Below, in pieces: positions 1-11,970 of a DNA stretch of 64,000 nt. A program made the position numbers and the translations under genes. The stretch covers positions 8,703,957 to 8,767,956 of the forward strand of contig MU053881.1 in the NCBI GenBank assembly GCA_013239625.1, in the 5' to 3' direction. The stretch comes from Lama guanicoe (taxonomy: Eukaryota). Each line of letters opens with the position of its first letter. The first letter of the stretch is position 1. Under the pieces are notes generated by a model. The model saw only the letters and a program-made list of their open reading frames with translations, did no database searches and was not told where the DNA came from.

Positions 1-470
1 AATACAGTGGTGGCTAAGACAGACACAGTCCTTGCCCTCACGGAACTTTCCCTGTTGTAGAGAATATAGGCTAAAAAAAAAAAAAATCATCAAATGAATA
101 AAAACTGTGATATGTGCTCTGAAGAGAATAGGATACTGTGAGCGGGAGTAAGAGGAGGATGGCTAGGGAGGGACTGTCTAATCTATGCAGGTGACAAATA
201 AGTTGAGCTGGAACAGCTGAGTGAAGAGCTAGGACAGGAGTATTCCAGGCAGGAGGGATAGCTTATGCAAAGGCCCTGAGGTGGAAAAGAGCAGAACGGA
301 AGCCAACGCGGCTGGAGGGTAGCAAAAACAAAGAGGAAACTCAGATCATCCAGGGCCCTGGAGGCCATGTGGATGCGAAGGACTTTATTCTGGGAACAAG
401 GGGCACAAATGAAAAGTTTTAACCACAGTAATGGCATCAGCCAGCTCGCATTTTAAGAAGCCACCCCTCC
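1..470 (-). mobile_element. L2 fragment
   Basis: gacacagtccttgccctcacggaactt...ccaggcaggagggatagcttatgcaaaggccctgaggtgg. Confidence 0.65.
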
Positions 471-2415
471 AGCAAGGTAGAGCTTGCTTCTCACTGAGCA
501 TGCATCTGGGTCTGGGGACAGTTTGGTGGAAACTGACATTGCTGAGGTCACAGCTCCATGTTCTCAGACCTAACATCCTCAGAGACAGAGCAGTGCTCTC
601 TGACAGAGGAAGCTCTCTGCTACCACGGTCCCAGGGAAAAGGACCACGGTCTTCGCACAGGCTCTTTGCTGGGCTGGAGGGCCTCCCTGCCCTCTAGCTG
701 AGGCATTTATCCTAAAGTCTCGGTTTAGAAAACATTTAGCTGCAAGGATCTTCCTTCCCCATTTCCCTTTCCCGTGTCCCCTTAATTCTTATAATTGCCT
801 TTTTTACCTATGTGTCTACTTTCATCACGTTCCACGAGGAAGAGACCAGATCTGAACTGTGCACTGAGGCAGTCTCACTGAGTTGTTGAAGTGCGTGAGT
901 GTGTGCGTGTGTATATATGTGTGTGTGTGCACCTGCATCTCGGACTGTAGGAGAATCCAAAATAAGCAAAAACTGCAGTAAAGAGTCTTTTTCATTGATT
1001 TCTCCCAAGATCTTATCTTTGAAGCATTTCCACAGTTTTCAAGGGAAGAAACAATCACGAGGTCCTGATGAAACAGAGACGGAGCCCCCCCCCCTCCCCC
1101 AACACTCAATTAAATGTTACCCTTGAAATCTTATCGCCTTTCCTTTCTGTCCACCTGGCTGAAACTCTGTGGAGGAGACAAGGGCAGGTGATGAGAGTCA
1201 GCCCAGGAAATGGGATTTTTTTTTTTTAACAAAGGCGGAGGCTGGCCTCCCTGAGATCTGCACTGGGCGTCGGGAATGCCGCTCTGTTGTCCCTTGAGAT
1301 GAAACTCATTTCTGAAAGCAGGCTGCTTCTCTCCAAAACACATCAAAAGACTTCTCGGAGTCAAAGGGACATGTAGCGTGATGGCTGGTTGATGGCTGTT
1401 TGACACCCGTCTGAGACCCTTCCTTCTGTTTCATATCACAGGGCCTTTGGGCGCTCCTGGCTGCTCCTGATGGAGAACGCTCTGATGACAGATATGTGTG
1501 GGAGAGTCTCTGAGCCAAATAAAGCACTGTGCTGTTCCCTACATTTCAGGCCAATTACTATCATTGCTTTATCAAGATGTCTGCCCGACTATTAGGCCGA
1601 TTACCTCTGACTTTCTCTTTGAGCTACGGTCCAGACGAGAGAAATCCTCTGGGGAGAACTGCCATTCCCCGCTCTGACAGGCGAGTGAGGGTAATGGCCT
1701 GGGGGAAGGACATCTCACCACCGCCGTCTGTGTCCGTGCGGATAACGGTGATGGAGGCAGAAGCCATCGTTAGATAATGGCCCCCAGACAACTTGCTGCA
1801 CAGGAGGGGAAAGGAATTTATTTGGCTAGAATCCAGTGCGATCCAGTGGTTAAGAGCAAAGGCTCAGAGAGCCCGAATCCTGATCCACCTCTTACTAGCT
1901 GCGTGTGACTGTGGGCCGGTCCTTTAACTTGTCCGAGTCTGGGCTTCCCGAATTGGAAAACAGAACGTTGGCAGTACCGACCTCATATGGCTACTCCGTG
2001 GGGTGACTGAGCCAGTCCCCAAAAGAGACAAGTCCAGGGGCTGGCTTGTGGTCAACCCTCGACAGATGTGTAGTTGTTACGGTTTTGATATTAACCATTC
2101 CACAGGCTCCAGCTAAGCCCGCGGCTGTGCACGCGGTGTGCCGTTACGTGCATCAAGCCTTTTGAGTTTAAACCCCAGGCAATGAAAAGGATGTCGTTTC
2201 TCATCGTGCTCTTAAGCGAGAGATTGCTTTTTTATCTCCACACCTCAAATTAGTTCCAAATGTGTGGCCAGTTTCTTTCTTTTGTGATTTGGTTTTCATC
2301 CTTTTAATTTTTTTTCCTCCCATTGTTACCTCACCCGATCCCATAAATTTTTCCTCACTGAAGAAGACTTCTCTGATGACTTTCATGATACCAAGTTTAT
2401 GCCATTAGGGTGGAG

Positions 2416-2625
2416 CAGGGGTTGGCAAACTTTTCCCGTAAAGTGACAGATAATAAATATTTGGGCTTTGTGGGCCAAACTGTCTCTGTGGCAACCACTC
2501 AACTCTGTTGTTACAGCCGCCCCAGACGGTATGTCAACAGATGAACATGGCCATGGTCCAATAAAACTTTATTTATAAAAATAGGCAGTGGGCCAGACTC
2601 AGCCCATGGGCTCTCGTGCCAAGCA
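2416..2625. mobile_element. MER58A-like hAT-Charlie MITE
   Basis: caggggttggcaaacttttc...aataaatatttgggctttgtgggcc...ccaataaaactttatttataaaaataggcagtgggcc. Confidence 0.8.
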
Positions 2626-3983
2626 CTGCTGCAGAGCATCTGGCTAACCTGGGGAGAACCAATCTTTCCTGAGCAGAGGGAATAAGCAGTAACTTCAATG
2701 CTATGGTGAACACCAAATCTTATCTGATTTTGTGCCATTCGGAAGTTGTGGCCACTGATGAGGGACTTCCACCTGAAGTTCAGGTTGGCATGCATAGCTC
2801 TTTCAAGAATCGGGGAAGCCCTCAGAGCAATCAGTGAAACCACTAGAGAAGTTCTTAATATGCAGTCAGTCGAAAAAACAGCTGTACAATGTGTGTTCTT
2901 CAGAAATCATCAGCTCTCATGGGTGACTCCCAACTCCATCCCAGACAGGGTCCATACGTGACATAACAGCATCCCTCCCTTCAGGGGTGTGGTCACTGCC
3001 TGTCCACAAAGGATGAACCTGAGGCTTAGGGACGTCGGTGACTTTCCCAGTTAGGATGTGGGAAAGCTGGGATTTAATCCAGGATCAACCAGAACTTTCC
3101 TCATGAAACCATCTTATCTAAGCTTCTCCGGTGAACCCTGAGATCCACAAGCAAATACTGTTGGGACAACACATGCACTGCAGAAAGGCAACCAACAAGG
3201 CCCAGAAGCCCATGCCATTTCCACCATTCCCACATCCTGGGACCTTGAAGGACTCAGTTTCCTGAATCTCAGTTTATTCCTCTGTGAAATGGGACTAACA
3301 ATCTGCCCTGATTCAGAGAGATTCCACCCAGGATCAGTTATTCTCATGAGTAAGAAGATTTAAACCTGATGACAAAATTAATTTAATGAATATATCTGTA
3401 GCTGATATGATTATCAAAATTCTTAGGGTTTGCTTTAGAAAACCTCACAAAATATTCTCAAACGAATGGCCTGTTCAGGGGTTTGTATGCACAGACAGGG
3501 TGATATTTTGGATCAAACGTTCGTGTTTCCCCAATAACTACTACAAAGCAAGGCCAAAACATGCCTCAAAGGACAAGTACTTAATTAAAACTTTTTGACA
3601 TTTACCTACTTGGGAACAAAGACGTGATTTTTTTCTTAATTTAAAAAAAAATTTAAGTTAGAGATTTCTCTGATTTTTAAGAGCAATTCTAACCTGACAT
3701 GAATGGTCAGTATTTATTGGCTCTGTGACATATTTAGAGGTTTATGTATGTACTGTATTTTATTTAAACCTCACAATAGCCCTACGAGGTGGGCGCTGGC
3801 TAGTTGTATGTTACCAGAAGGACACTGAGGCTTCGATAAGTCTAATGGTTTGCCTAGATCGTGTGGCCAGGACTCAAGCCAGGTGGTGGGCCCCAACGTC
3901 TTCACCACAGCTCTGTCCCCGGGACTCACTGTGGCTCCTTCACGATTTCAGCAGCATGTGCATTTTAATCAGGGCTAGTTTTA

Positions 3984-4328
<345 letters not shown>

Positions 4329-4373
4329 CTAGGGAAAGCAGAGAGGGTGCCGCGTGTGACACGGGGCGCAGAC

Positions 4374-4409
4374 CCGGTCCCATGACCGGCACCGGTCCCA
4401 TGACCGGCA
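4374..4409. repeat. 2 x 18-bp perfect tandem repeat of a palindromic unit
   Basis: (CCGGTCCCATGACCGGCA)x2. Confidence 0.95.
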
Positions 4410-4644
4410 CCTGCCCCCCCCCACCACTCAGCCGGTGGGTACTTCTGAGTACATTGCCCTGGAAGCTCATTTTATTGCAAGCAAAACAAGAGTCATAAAA
4501 GTTGTAACCATCACAGTCGCCACCCATGATGCTTAGAGTAATTGTTAACAGTCTTACGACTCTAGGTTACAATTTCTTTTCTGCAGTTTGAAATCCAAAA
4601 AGCTTTAAAATCCAAACTTTCACGTTTTTTTTCTTGTCTGTGCA

Positions 4645-4648
<4 letters not shown>

Positions 4649-4690
<42 letters not shown>

Positions 4691-4728
4691 CACACGCGTG
4701 TGCGTGTGTGTGAGAAAGAGAGAGAGAC
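4649..4728. repeat. (TG)n/(CG)n/(AG)n compound microsatellite
   Basis: Visible dinucleotide run. Confidence 0.95.
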
Positions 4729-7700
4729 AGGTTACTGCTTCAGTCCCCGCTGGGGTGTTACACCATACACAGTCTGACCAGTATAACTTTTTTATAATTC
4801 CCCAGATGCTGAATTCCAAAATGCATCTGGCTCCCCGAGAGTTTCCGGAAGGGAATGTTGGATCTGTGTTAGCAGAGACCATTCACTGCTCGTTCACTGA
4901 GGGAAGCGGGGGGTAGCAGGGTAGTTAAGAAAGAGGGCTGAAGGGTCAGACTACCTGGGAGAGAATCTGGCACTTACTAGCTTCCCCTGTCCGTGCCTCA
5001 GTTTCCCCATCTGCAAAACTGAAAGTAACAGTACCTATGTTATAGGTTGTTGTGAGAAATAAGATGAGATTCAGAACAGCACCTGGCACAGAGCAAACAC
5101 AAAACACACGTGACCTACCAGCACCTTTCATTCAGTTCTTGCAAAACCCCTATCAGATCGGTACTTATTTTACGGAGAAGAAAACCGAGGCTCTGAGAAG
5201 TCAAGCAACACATCAAAAGTCACACGGTGACAAAGTGGAGAGGCAAAAATGTGAACCTAGGTCTGTTCATGTAACATGCCCATGCCCTCAGAACAGCCTG
5301 GCATCTGTGCTGATGAATCAGCAATTAAACACAGACCTGTTTCAGTGGAGACCAGGCTCAGAGCTAGAAGCCGTCAGTGAGAGACGGAGTGCTGGACGAA
5401 GACCGCCAGGAATGGGGTGGGGGAAAGAGGAGAGAAAATAGTGACCCAAGGGGGCCTGTCCTGGGGAATAATAAAATCCTGCGGCGGGCAAGTGGGAGCC
5501 ATGGAAGATCCTTGAGCAGTGACTGACATGACAGAAGGAAGGTTCTAAGAAACTCATTTGCAGGCAGCATGTGAGGTGTTCCAGAGGAGGGAAGGAAGAC
5601 AAGCGAAAAGACCAGTTAGCAAGAGATTGCAGAAACCCAAGCGTGAGGGGACAGGGGTCTTGGTTAGGACAGTAAAAGAGAAAGGCAGACAACTTTGCGG
5701 GGATGTTTCTAAGGAAGAGAGGACAGGGCTTGACCCTGGGCTGAACAGAGAGGATGAAGGAAAAGGCAAAGAGGATGCCAACATTTCTTACTTGACAAGA
5801 AAATCATAAGATCCCCAGTAGAAAAGGACTCATCTTGTGAACTCTCAAAATCATTGCAGAGGATAAGTCTCAGGATTGTGGAGTGCAGGATTGGATTCTG
5901 CTTTTATTTAAAATGTTGATATTGTCTTCATCGTGGATATTTTAGATTAAATATTAAATATTGCATGAAATACTAAAAAAAACATCGCATCGGAACGTCA
6001 TTTGCACTGTGACTTCCAGAGAACTTTCCAAGCGTAGCTCTTTAGCAGATAAAAACCACCACTGTGGGATTATGTTCTCTCTCACCACTTTCCCCGCCAT
6101 AAAAAGGTTTTTATAGGTTCCTGACATCAACTCTAACCCTTTTTTGCGAACTTCATAAGAATGAAGCTCCGGGAGTCTACTAATGTGACTTCTCCATCAG
6201 CAGAATTGCCGGTTTTTCCCGTCTGAAATGTGATAATTGAAAACAAAAGAGTCTGTAATCTTAGGTACAAAGGTTTTTGCTGTCAGAAAGACCTGGGTTT
6301 GAATTCTGACCCTGCCATTTGCTGTTGCCTGAAGTTAGGTGAATCTCTCGCCCTCTTCCTGGTCTGCACGCGCGGGGATAATGACACCCACCTTTCGGGG
6401 ATGGTCTAAGAATGACACAAGATAACGCTTAGGGCAGAGCCTGGAAGATAATACTCATTTTATTAAGTACCTCGTGACTCTGAGGCACTTATCTGCAAAT
6501 CATAAGGTTTGTAGGGGAGAAGCACATGGTTTTACTTTTTATACTTGGGAGGCTGGAGGGGCTGGTTGCTTGGAAAACAGAAGTGAACTCTCTCTCTCAG
6601 GAAACGAATGTTCGTATTTAGCTTCCTCTACCCCGAAACCCACTGGTCGCAGCTGTCTTTATGGGATAAAATAAATAATTGGAAGTGATATGACAAACTG
6701 ATGCTGCTTTCAAAGACCTTTGTAACCAAAGACTTTGTTCCTTAGCAACCTCGTAAATGCCCAACTACCCAGACCTGTGTCTTCAAATTGCTGCCAGCCA
6801 GAGGGATGAGCGTAACTTCCTTGGTGCCCAGGTGAGGAGGACAGACTTCATTCGGGGTCCAGGCTATCACCCCCATGAGGAAAACTTCGGGAAAGGTGAT
6901 TACTTGTATGGGGCCATTGCTCGTTATTAATTTGGGCATCAGTCATCTCCTGCTGAACTGGCTGACCAGCCAAGGGGCACGGAAATGGCTTAGGACTAGC
7001 GGCCGTGCTCGCTGGCCAACCAATCGAATTACTCTGGGAGAAAGCATTTGTCAGAGGAGAGAGAGGACAGCTATTTTGGCTGGCTCCTCAGAGTCCCTCC
7101 ACAGAAGCGTGGAGGGCTGCTTCCATTTAAGGAAGACTCTGTGAGCTGGGGGCACTGGGACATGCAGGTGTGGTACCATACGGTGTCTGATGCATCCCAA
7201 CCCTGTATCTCTTTAAGTGTCCTTTATTTTCTTCAAAGCACCCATCGCCCTCTAAAATGATACAATCTGTTTTTATGTCTACTGTCAGTCTACTCAGAGG
7301 AACAAAAACTCCAAGAGGGCAGGGATTTCATTCACCTGCTAGAGTGGTTAAGAGTGAGGGAGTCAGAGCTTGAGACCGCCTGGATAAGACAGAGTCCAAG
7401 CTCTGCCCCGTACGTGCTGTGACACTTGCACAAGCTATTTAAATTCTCCGTGCCTCAGTCTCCTTATCTTTAAAATGGGCATAATAAGAAGACCAAAACA
7501 TAACAATAATTAAACAAAACACTGTTGTCAGGATTAAATGAGTCAAACCATGAAAAGGGCTCGGAACAGTGAGTACTCTGTATTTGGGAAGCATGCCACA
7601 AACGTTTCTGCTACCATGACTTTAATTCACTGCTGCATCCAACTCATCTTGAGCAGAGTCTGATCAATACACATTTGTGAAATATCAAACAGTAAAATAC

Positions 7701-8389
7701 TGAATTGGTAAACGAATTCCACTGAAAAGAAACTAAGTCGGAACGTACTCGAGGCTTTGCTCTGATAACAATCACTTGCCCTCCCTTGTCTTCTAATGTG
7801 CTTTCTCGCATAGGAGAGAAAGGGGGAGAGCTGGGGAGAGTTGCAAGCAGCTAGCCTCCGTCATGCACACCCAGCACAGAACTTGCACATGATGGGACAC
7901 TGTGGCCCGGTGTTTGTGCATTCATGTCCATCATCAAGATCTGAGAGCTGACTTTAGACGGCCATTGTGACCTCCCCTTTCCAGTTCTCAGTGGGATGAT
8001 GTCCCATGTGTGCTTTCTTCCTCTGGACTTTCTTGGCTTCTTCTCTTGTCTTCCTCTCCTTCCTCCTTTGACATTGTTCCTGAGTAACCACTGCACCAGA
8101 GGTTGCTGGTCATTGTCTACATCATGGTCTTGCTCCTTTCCAGCTTCCTTGCCACTAGGTGGGAGCTTGTGATGGTGGTCTGGCCAATGCGACGTAAGGC
8201 GTGGGATGTGCTTGACTCACAGATTCTGGCATAAAACGGTGCCATCTCCTACGTGATCTCTCGCCATGCCTACCTGCCTCTGGAGAAAGCCAGGGTACTC
8301 TTACAGCCCAAGGTGGCGGAGCCGCAAGACAGGAGTGGACCCTAAATGAGCGCTTGGAGGAAAGCCTGAAATGGTGACGCAAGCAAGCG

Positions 8390-8583
8390 ATGAACACTTA
8401 ATAAAGTAGACCACTGAGAGCCGAGTAGTGGTTACCAGAGGGGAATGGGGCTGCGGGGAGGTTAAAATGGGTGAAACGGGGTCAACTGTATGGTGATGGT
8501 TAGAAACAAAACCTTTGATGATGAGCACGCTGTAGTGTGTACAGAAGTTGAAATACAATGTTGTACACATAAAAAAAAAAAAG
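8390..8583 (+). mobile_element. L1 3' UTR fragment (older L1M-type)
   Basis: gtggttaccagaggg...gtcaactgtatggtgatgg...gttgtacacat(a)n. Confidence 0.7.
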
Positions 8584-10696
8584 TCAAGCCACTGAAATGT
8601 TGATGCCTTCAAGGTTTTTTGCCCTAATCCTTCTCTTTTTCCCTTGTTGACTCCCCAAGATGGTAGTAAGTTCTAGCATACTTTCCATTTCTTAAGGGTG
8701 GCATAAGTGAGTCACCCATGGCAGCATCTTTTGTTGGTCAAGTCCCAACCTATTAGGCGGAGGGTGTCCTTTGATCCTGGCTTGCCCAGGAGTGTCCTAG
8801 TTTATAACTCTTGCTCCTCCTTTCACCCACAAAAGTGCTCCAGTTTGGACTGTGTGGTTACCCTGCTCATAGGTTAACACACACCAAGCAGCATCACTCA
8901 GGGCTGCTGCCACTTGCGGAGGCTTGGAGGCTAGAAATACGAGGTGGATCAGCGAGCCAAACGCAGAGGCTGCTCTCCAGTGCAGGGAGAGCAGGCGTGT
9001 GGGAAGGAGCCGCCCTGCGAGGAGGCCATCTGGTTCTGGAGCGCCTTGGCTCTCCAGGAATCCTAGACGGCGGTCTGGCCAGCGTGCCTGGCAGCCCTGC
9101 TAACACTAGGAGGAGGCCACTATCCAAAAACTCAGGCGTTGGCCAGCGCTGCTTTCTCGTGCCCCAGTGCTGGGGATTGGCAGCTCGGGCTTAGTACCAG
9201 GGACATCTGTCTCCTCCCTTCCAGGACCCTGTCACGATCAGCCCCACATACAGGGCTGCCCAGGGGACCGTGCTGGGTTCGGCTGACAAAGAAGGTTGCT
9301 CCATAGCCCGTTCTCTCTGATAGATCTGCAGAAGCCCTGGAAGAGGGTTAGAAGGCGCGTGACTCAGTTCCAACAGGGAGAGGTACACGCTCACGGGGGA
9401 CCTGCGGGAGGAAGTCTGCCTCCCAAGACAGCTGGTCTCTCCGGACCCGGCAGTGAGGCCACCCAGAGGGCGACAGCACCAGAACCTCAAGTAAACACCC
9501 CCTCCTTCCCCAAGGTCTCTCTCTTTCCCTTGACCTTTGAGAAACAGCCCACGCTGGCATGCAGTGTGAGGGCTGCGCCTGAGTCATCAGTCACACCCCG
9601 AAGTGGCCTGAAAATGCAACTTTTACGAGCACTCGAGAGGCAAAGAAATAAACCACCTCAAATATCTGACTGATCCAATTATAAATCTCCCCCACTTCTT
9701 GGCAAAGACCAGGGAGGAATGGTAATTAAGATAACTTAGTGGGCTTCCCGCGGAGCTGGAGGAGAGAGCAGAGGGGGCTGCACCGCCGGGGGGGGGGGGT
9801 GGGGGCTGTCACTTTCCCAGGAGGGAGCGTGTCCACAGGCAGGGAGCACGCAGCTGGGAGATGCTTCTGGAAGCCACGCCGATACACACCTGCCAAAAAG
9901 GGCAAGGTTAAAGACAGACGCGTTGCCCTTTGGGAGGCTGGGCAAGGGGGAGGGCGTAAATGACTTTGGACCGTCTGCTCGCGGAGGGTCCGCGTGGATG
10001 GGCGAAGCAGCGAACGCTGACATTCCCCACGGAGAGCCCGCCGCTCCTGGCTCCGCGCTGGCAGCATCCCCGAGCCTCCCGACGCCTGATGTCGATTCTG
10101 CCTCAGAGGGCAGGGCACGCGCAGCAGTTGGTAGGACTGCAGGGAGGCAGCATTTGTGAGTGAGGGCTGCTTGAAGCCACATGACCACGGAGTCTCCTGT
10201 GGCATCCAGTGGCGACCGGCAGCGGCGGTGGGTCACTCCTGGGGGCCTGAGCATCTCTTTCTGCCTCCAGCCAGGCCCGTGGCAGAGTGCGTCTGGCTGA
10301 GCCCTCATTAAAGCTCCACACAGCCTCTCTTCTCTCCTTCAAAGGGCTGAGCGCTCGGTAAGCACAGAAGGATGAGAGCACAGGCGGGTGATGCTCCGGG
10401 GGCTGCCTTCCCTCCGCATGGGCCCGCCTGTCTTTTTCAGTTCCTACGTCCAGTGTCCAAGTCACTTAACCAGGTGCCAACTGGCCCAGTGTGGGCGCTG
10501 TGGCCATTTGTCTACCAGCCATGAGAATGAGCCCCGAAGCTTGCAGATGGGAAACAGCACCTGTATTGGCAGACTGTAACCACCACTGTGCCAGGTTCCA
10601 CAGGTGAGAACCAAGCAGCCCCAAGGTAGAGAAGAGCCAAACGCAGCTCCTTACAACATTAGGAGTGGGGGAGAATACATTTGCACAGGTACAATT

Positions 10697-10793
10697 ATTA
10701 TTAGTTTTTTCAATGGAGGTACTGGGGATTGAACCCAGGACCTCGTGCATGCTAAGCATGCGCTCTACCACTGAGCTATGCCCTCCCCTCCTA
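10697..10793 (-). mobile_element. tRNA-Ala-derived SINE (camelid Vic-1-like)
   Basis: Minus strand reads GGGGAGGGCATAGCTCAGTGGTAGAGCGCATGCTTAGCATGCACGAGGTCCTGGGTTCAATCCCCAGTACCTCCA plus an A-rich tail. TSD cacag(g/c)tacaatt at 10684-10696 and 10794-10806. Confidence 0.9.
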
Positions 10794-11329
10794 CACAGCT
10801 ACAATTCTTGATTCTTCCACCAAATGGCCTCTTGCAGCCGTGGAAAGTGTCATCATCAAAAATAAGAAGTACATATTTTTTTGTTTTCCCTAGGCACTTG
10901 CTATGTGCCAGGCATGAAGGCAAAAGCTTATGTGTTATCACATTTCATCCTCCCCCAAACCCTATTCTCATCCCCACTTCGCAGGAGAGAACAAAGGCTG
11001 CTAGAAAAATTAAGCAACATACCCAGGGCCACTGGCTGTGTCTGGTGGCCAAGCGAGGACTTGAACTTGGATTTGCATGAGTCTTAACTGTGGGAGGTTG
11101 CCTGAATTTTCTCAAGAACCTGGCGGTATATCTGGTGGCTGGCTTGGTTTGTAAGTCGCCTCGGGATGCTTACAGTGAGCTGAGAAGGGGTTAGGAAGGC
11201 AGAGCCCAGCAGTGCTAGGATCAGGCTTGAACAGAAGCAGGTTGGGCATCTGAGGACAGGGAGATGTCTTACTGGAGAAGATGCAAAAGATGCCAAGAAA
11301 GATCTGGCTGGCCTGGCTGGGTGTTGGCT

Positions 11330-11970
11330 GTCCCTGGCCCATGATCTCCTTTTACCCACCTCCAAACTTATCTCTCCTTGTGCTCCATTCACACTGCTCT
11401 TCTTGCCGTTCCTGGAACATGCCAAGCGCATTCCAGCCTCAGGGCCTTTGCATGAGCTAGTCCCTCTGCCTGGTTGGCTCTTCCTCCGGATCTGACAGCT
11501 GTCTGCTTCTTGCCGACTGACCATGCCTACCTGAAACATCATGACCCGAGAAAGGGCGTCCCTAACCGCCCCCATCCTAGCACACCTCTAACACGTCTTC
11601 CTTTCTGTCCTCAGCAAAAACTCATCACTCTTCCAAAAAAACCTTATCACTTATCTACTAACTTACAGTCTAACTCACCAACTTCTTAAGACTGGGAGCC
11701 CTTACGATAACTCTAAATGGACTCTAATCTTTAAAAATTGGGCATTACTATGTTGTACTCCTGAAACTTACATAACACTGTAAATCAAGTACACCTCAAG
11801 TAAACAAACAAACAAATAAATGTTAACCAGCTCTGAACCCAGAAAAAAACTAAACTTAGAAGAAAAAGAGCGGGTGGCTTGTCTGCTTTTCTCAACAAGG
11901 CATCCCGGCGCCTAGGGCAGCACACGGCACGTAGTAGGTCCTCAGCAAAGATCTCGAGTGAATGAATGAA
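11330..11970 (+). mobile_element. L2 3' region, interrupted by a short L1 3' end (~11740-11860)
   Basis: ttcctggaacatgccaagc...cagggcctttgcat...ctctgcctgg, and terminal gtaggtcctcagcaaagat...gaatgaatgaa. Confidence 0.7.

Noticed and set aside
10714..10788. Apparent tRNA-Ala(AGC) gene
   Set aside because: It has an A-rich tail, a TSD, an altered 5' acceptor end and four diverged sibling copies in the window, so it is a SINE rather than a tRNA gene.
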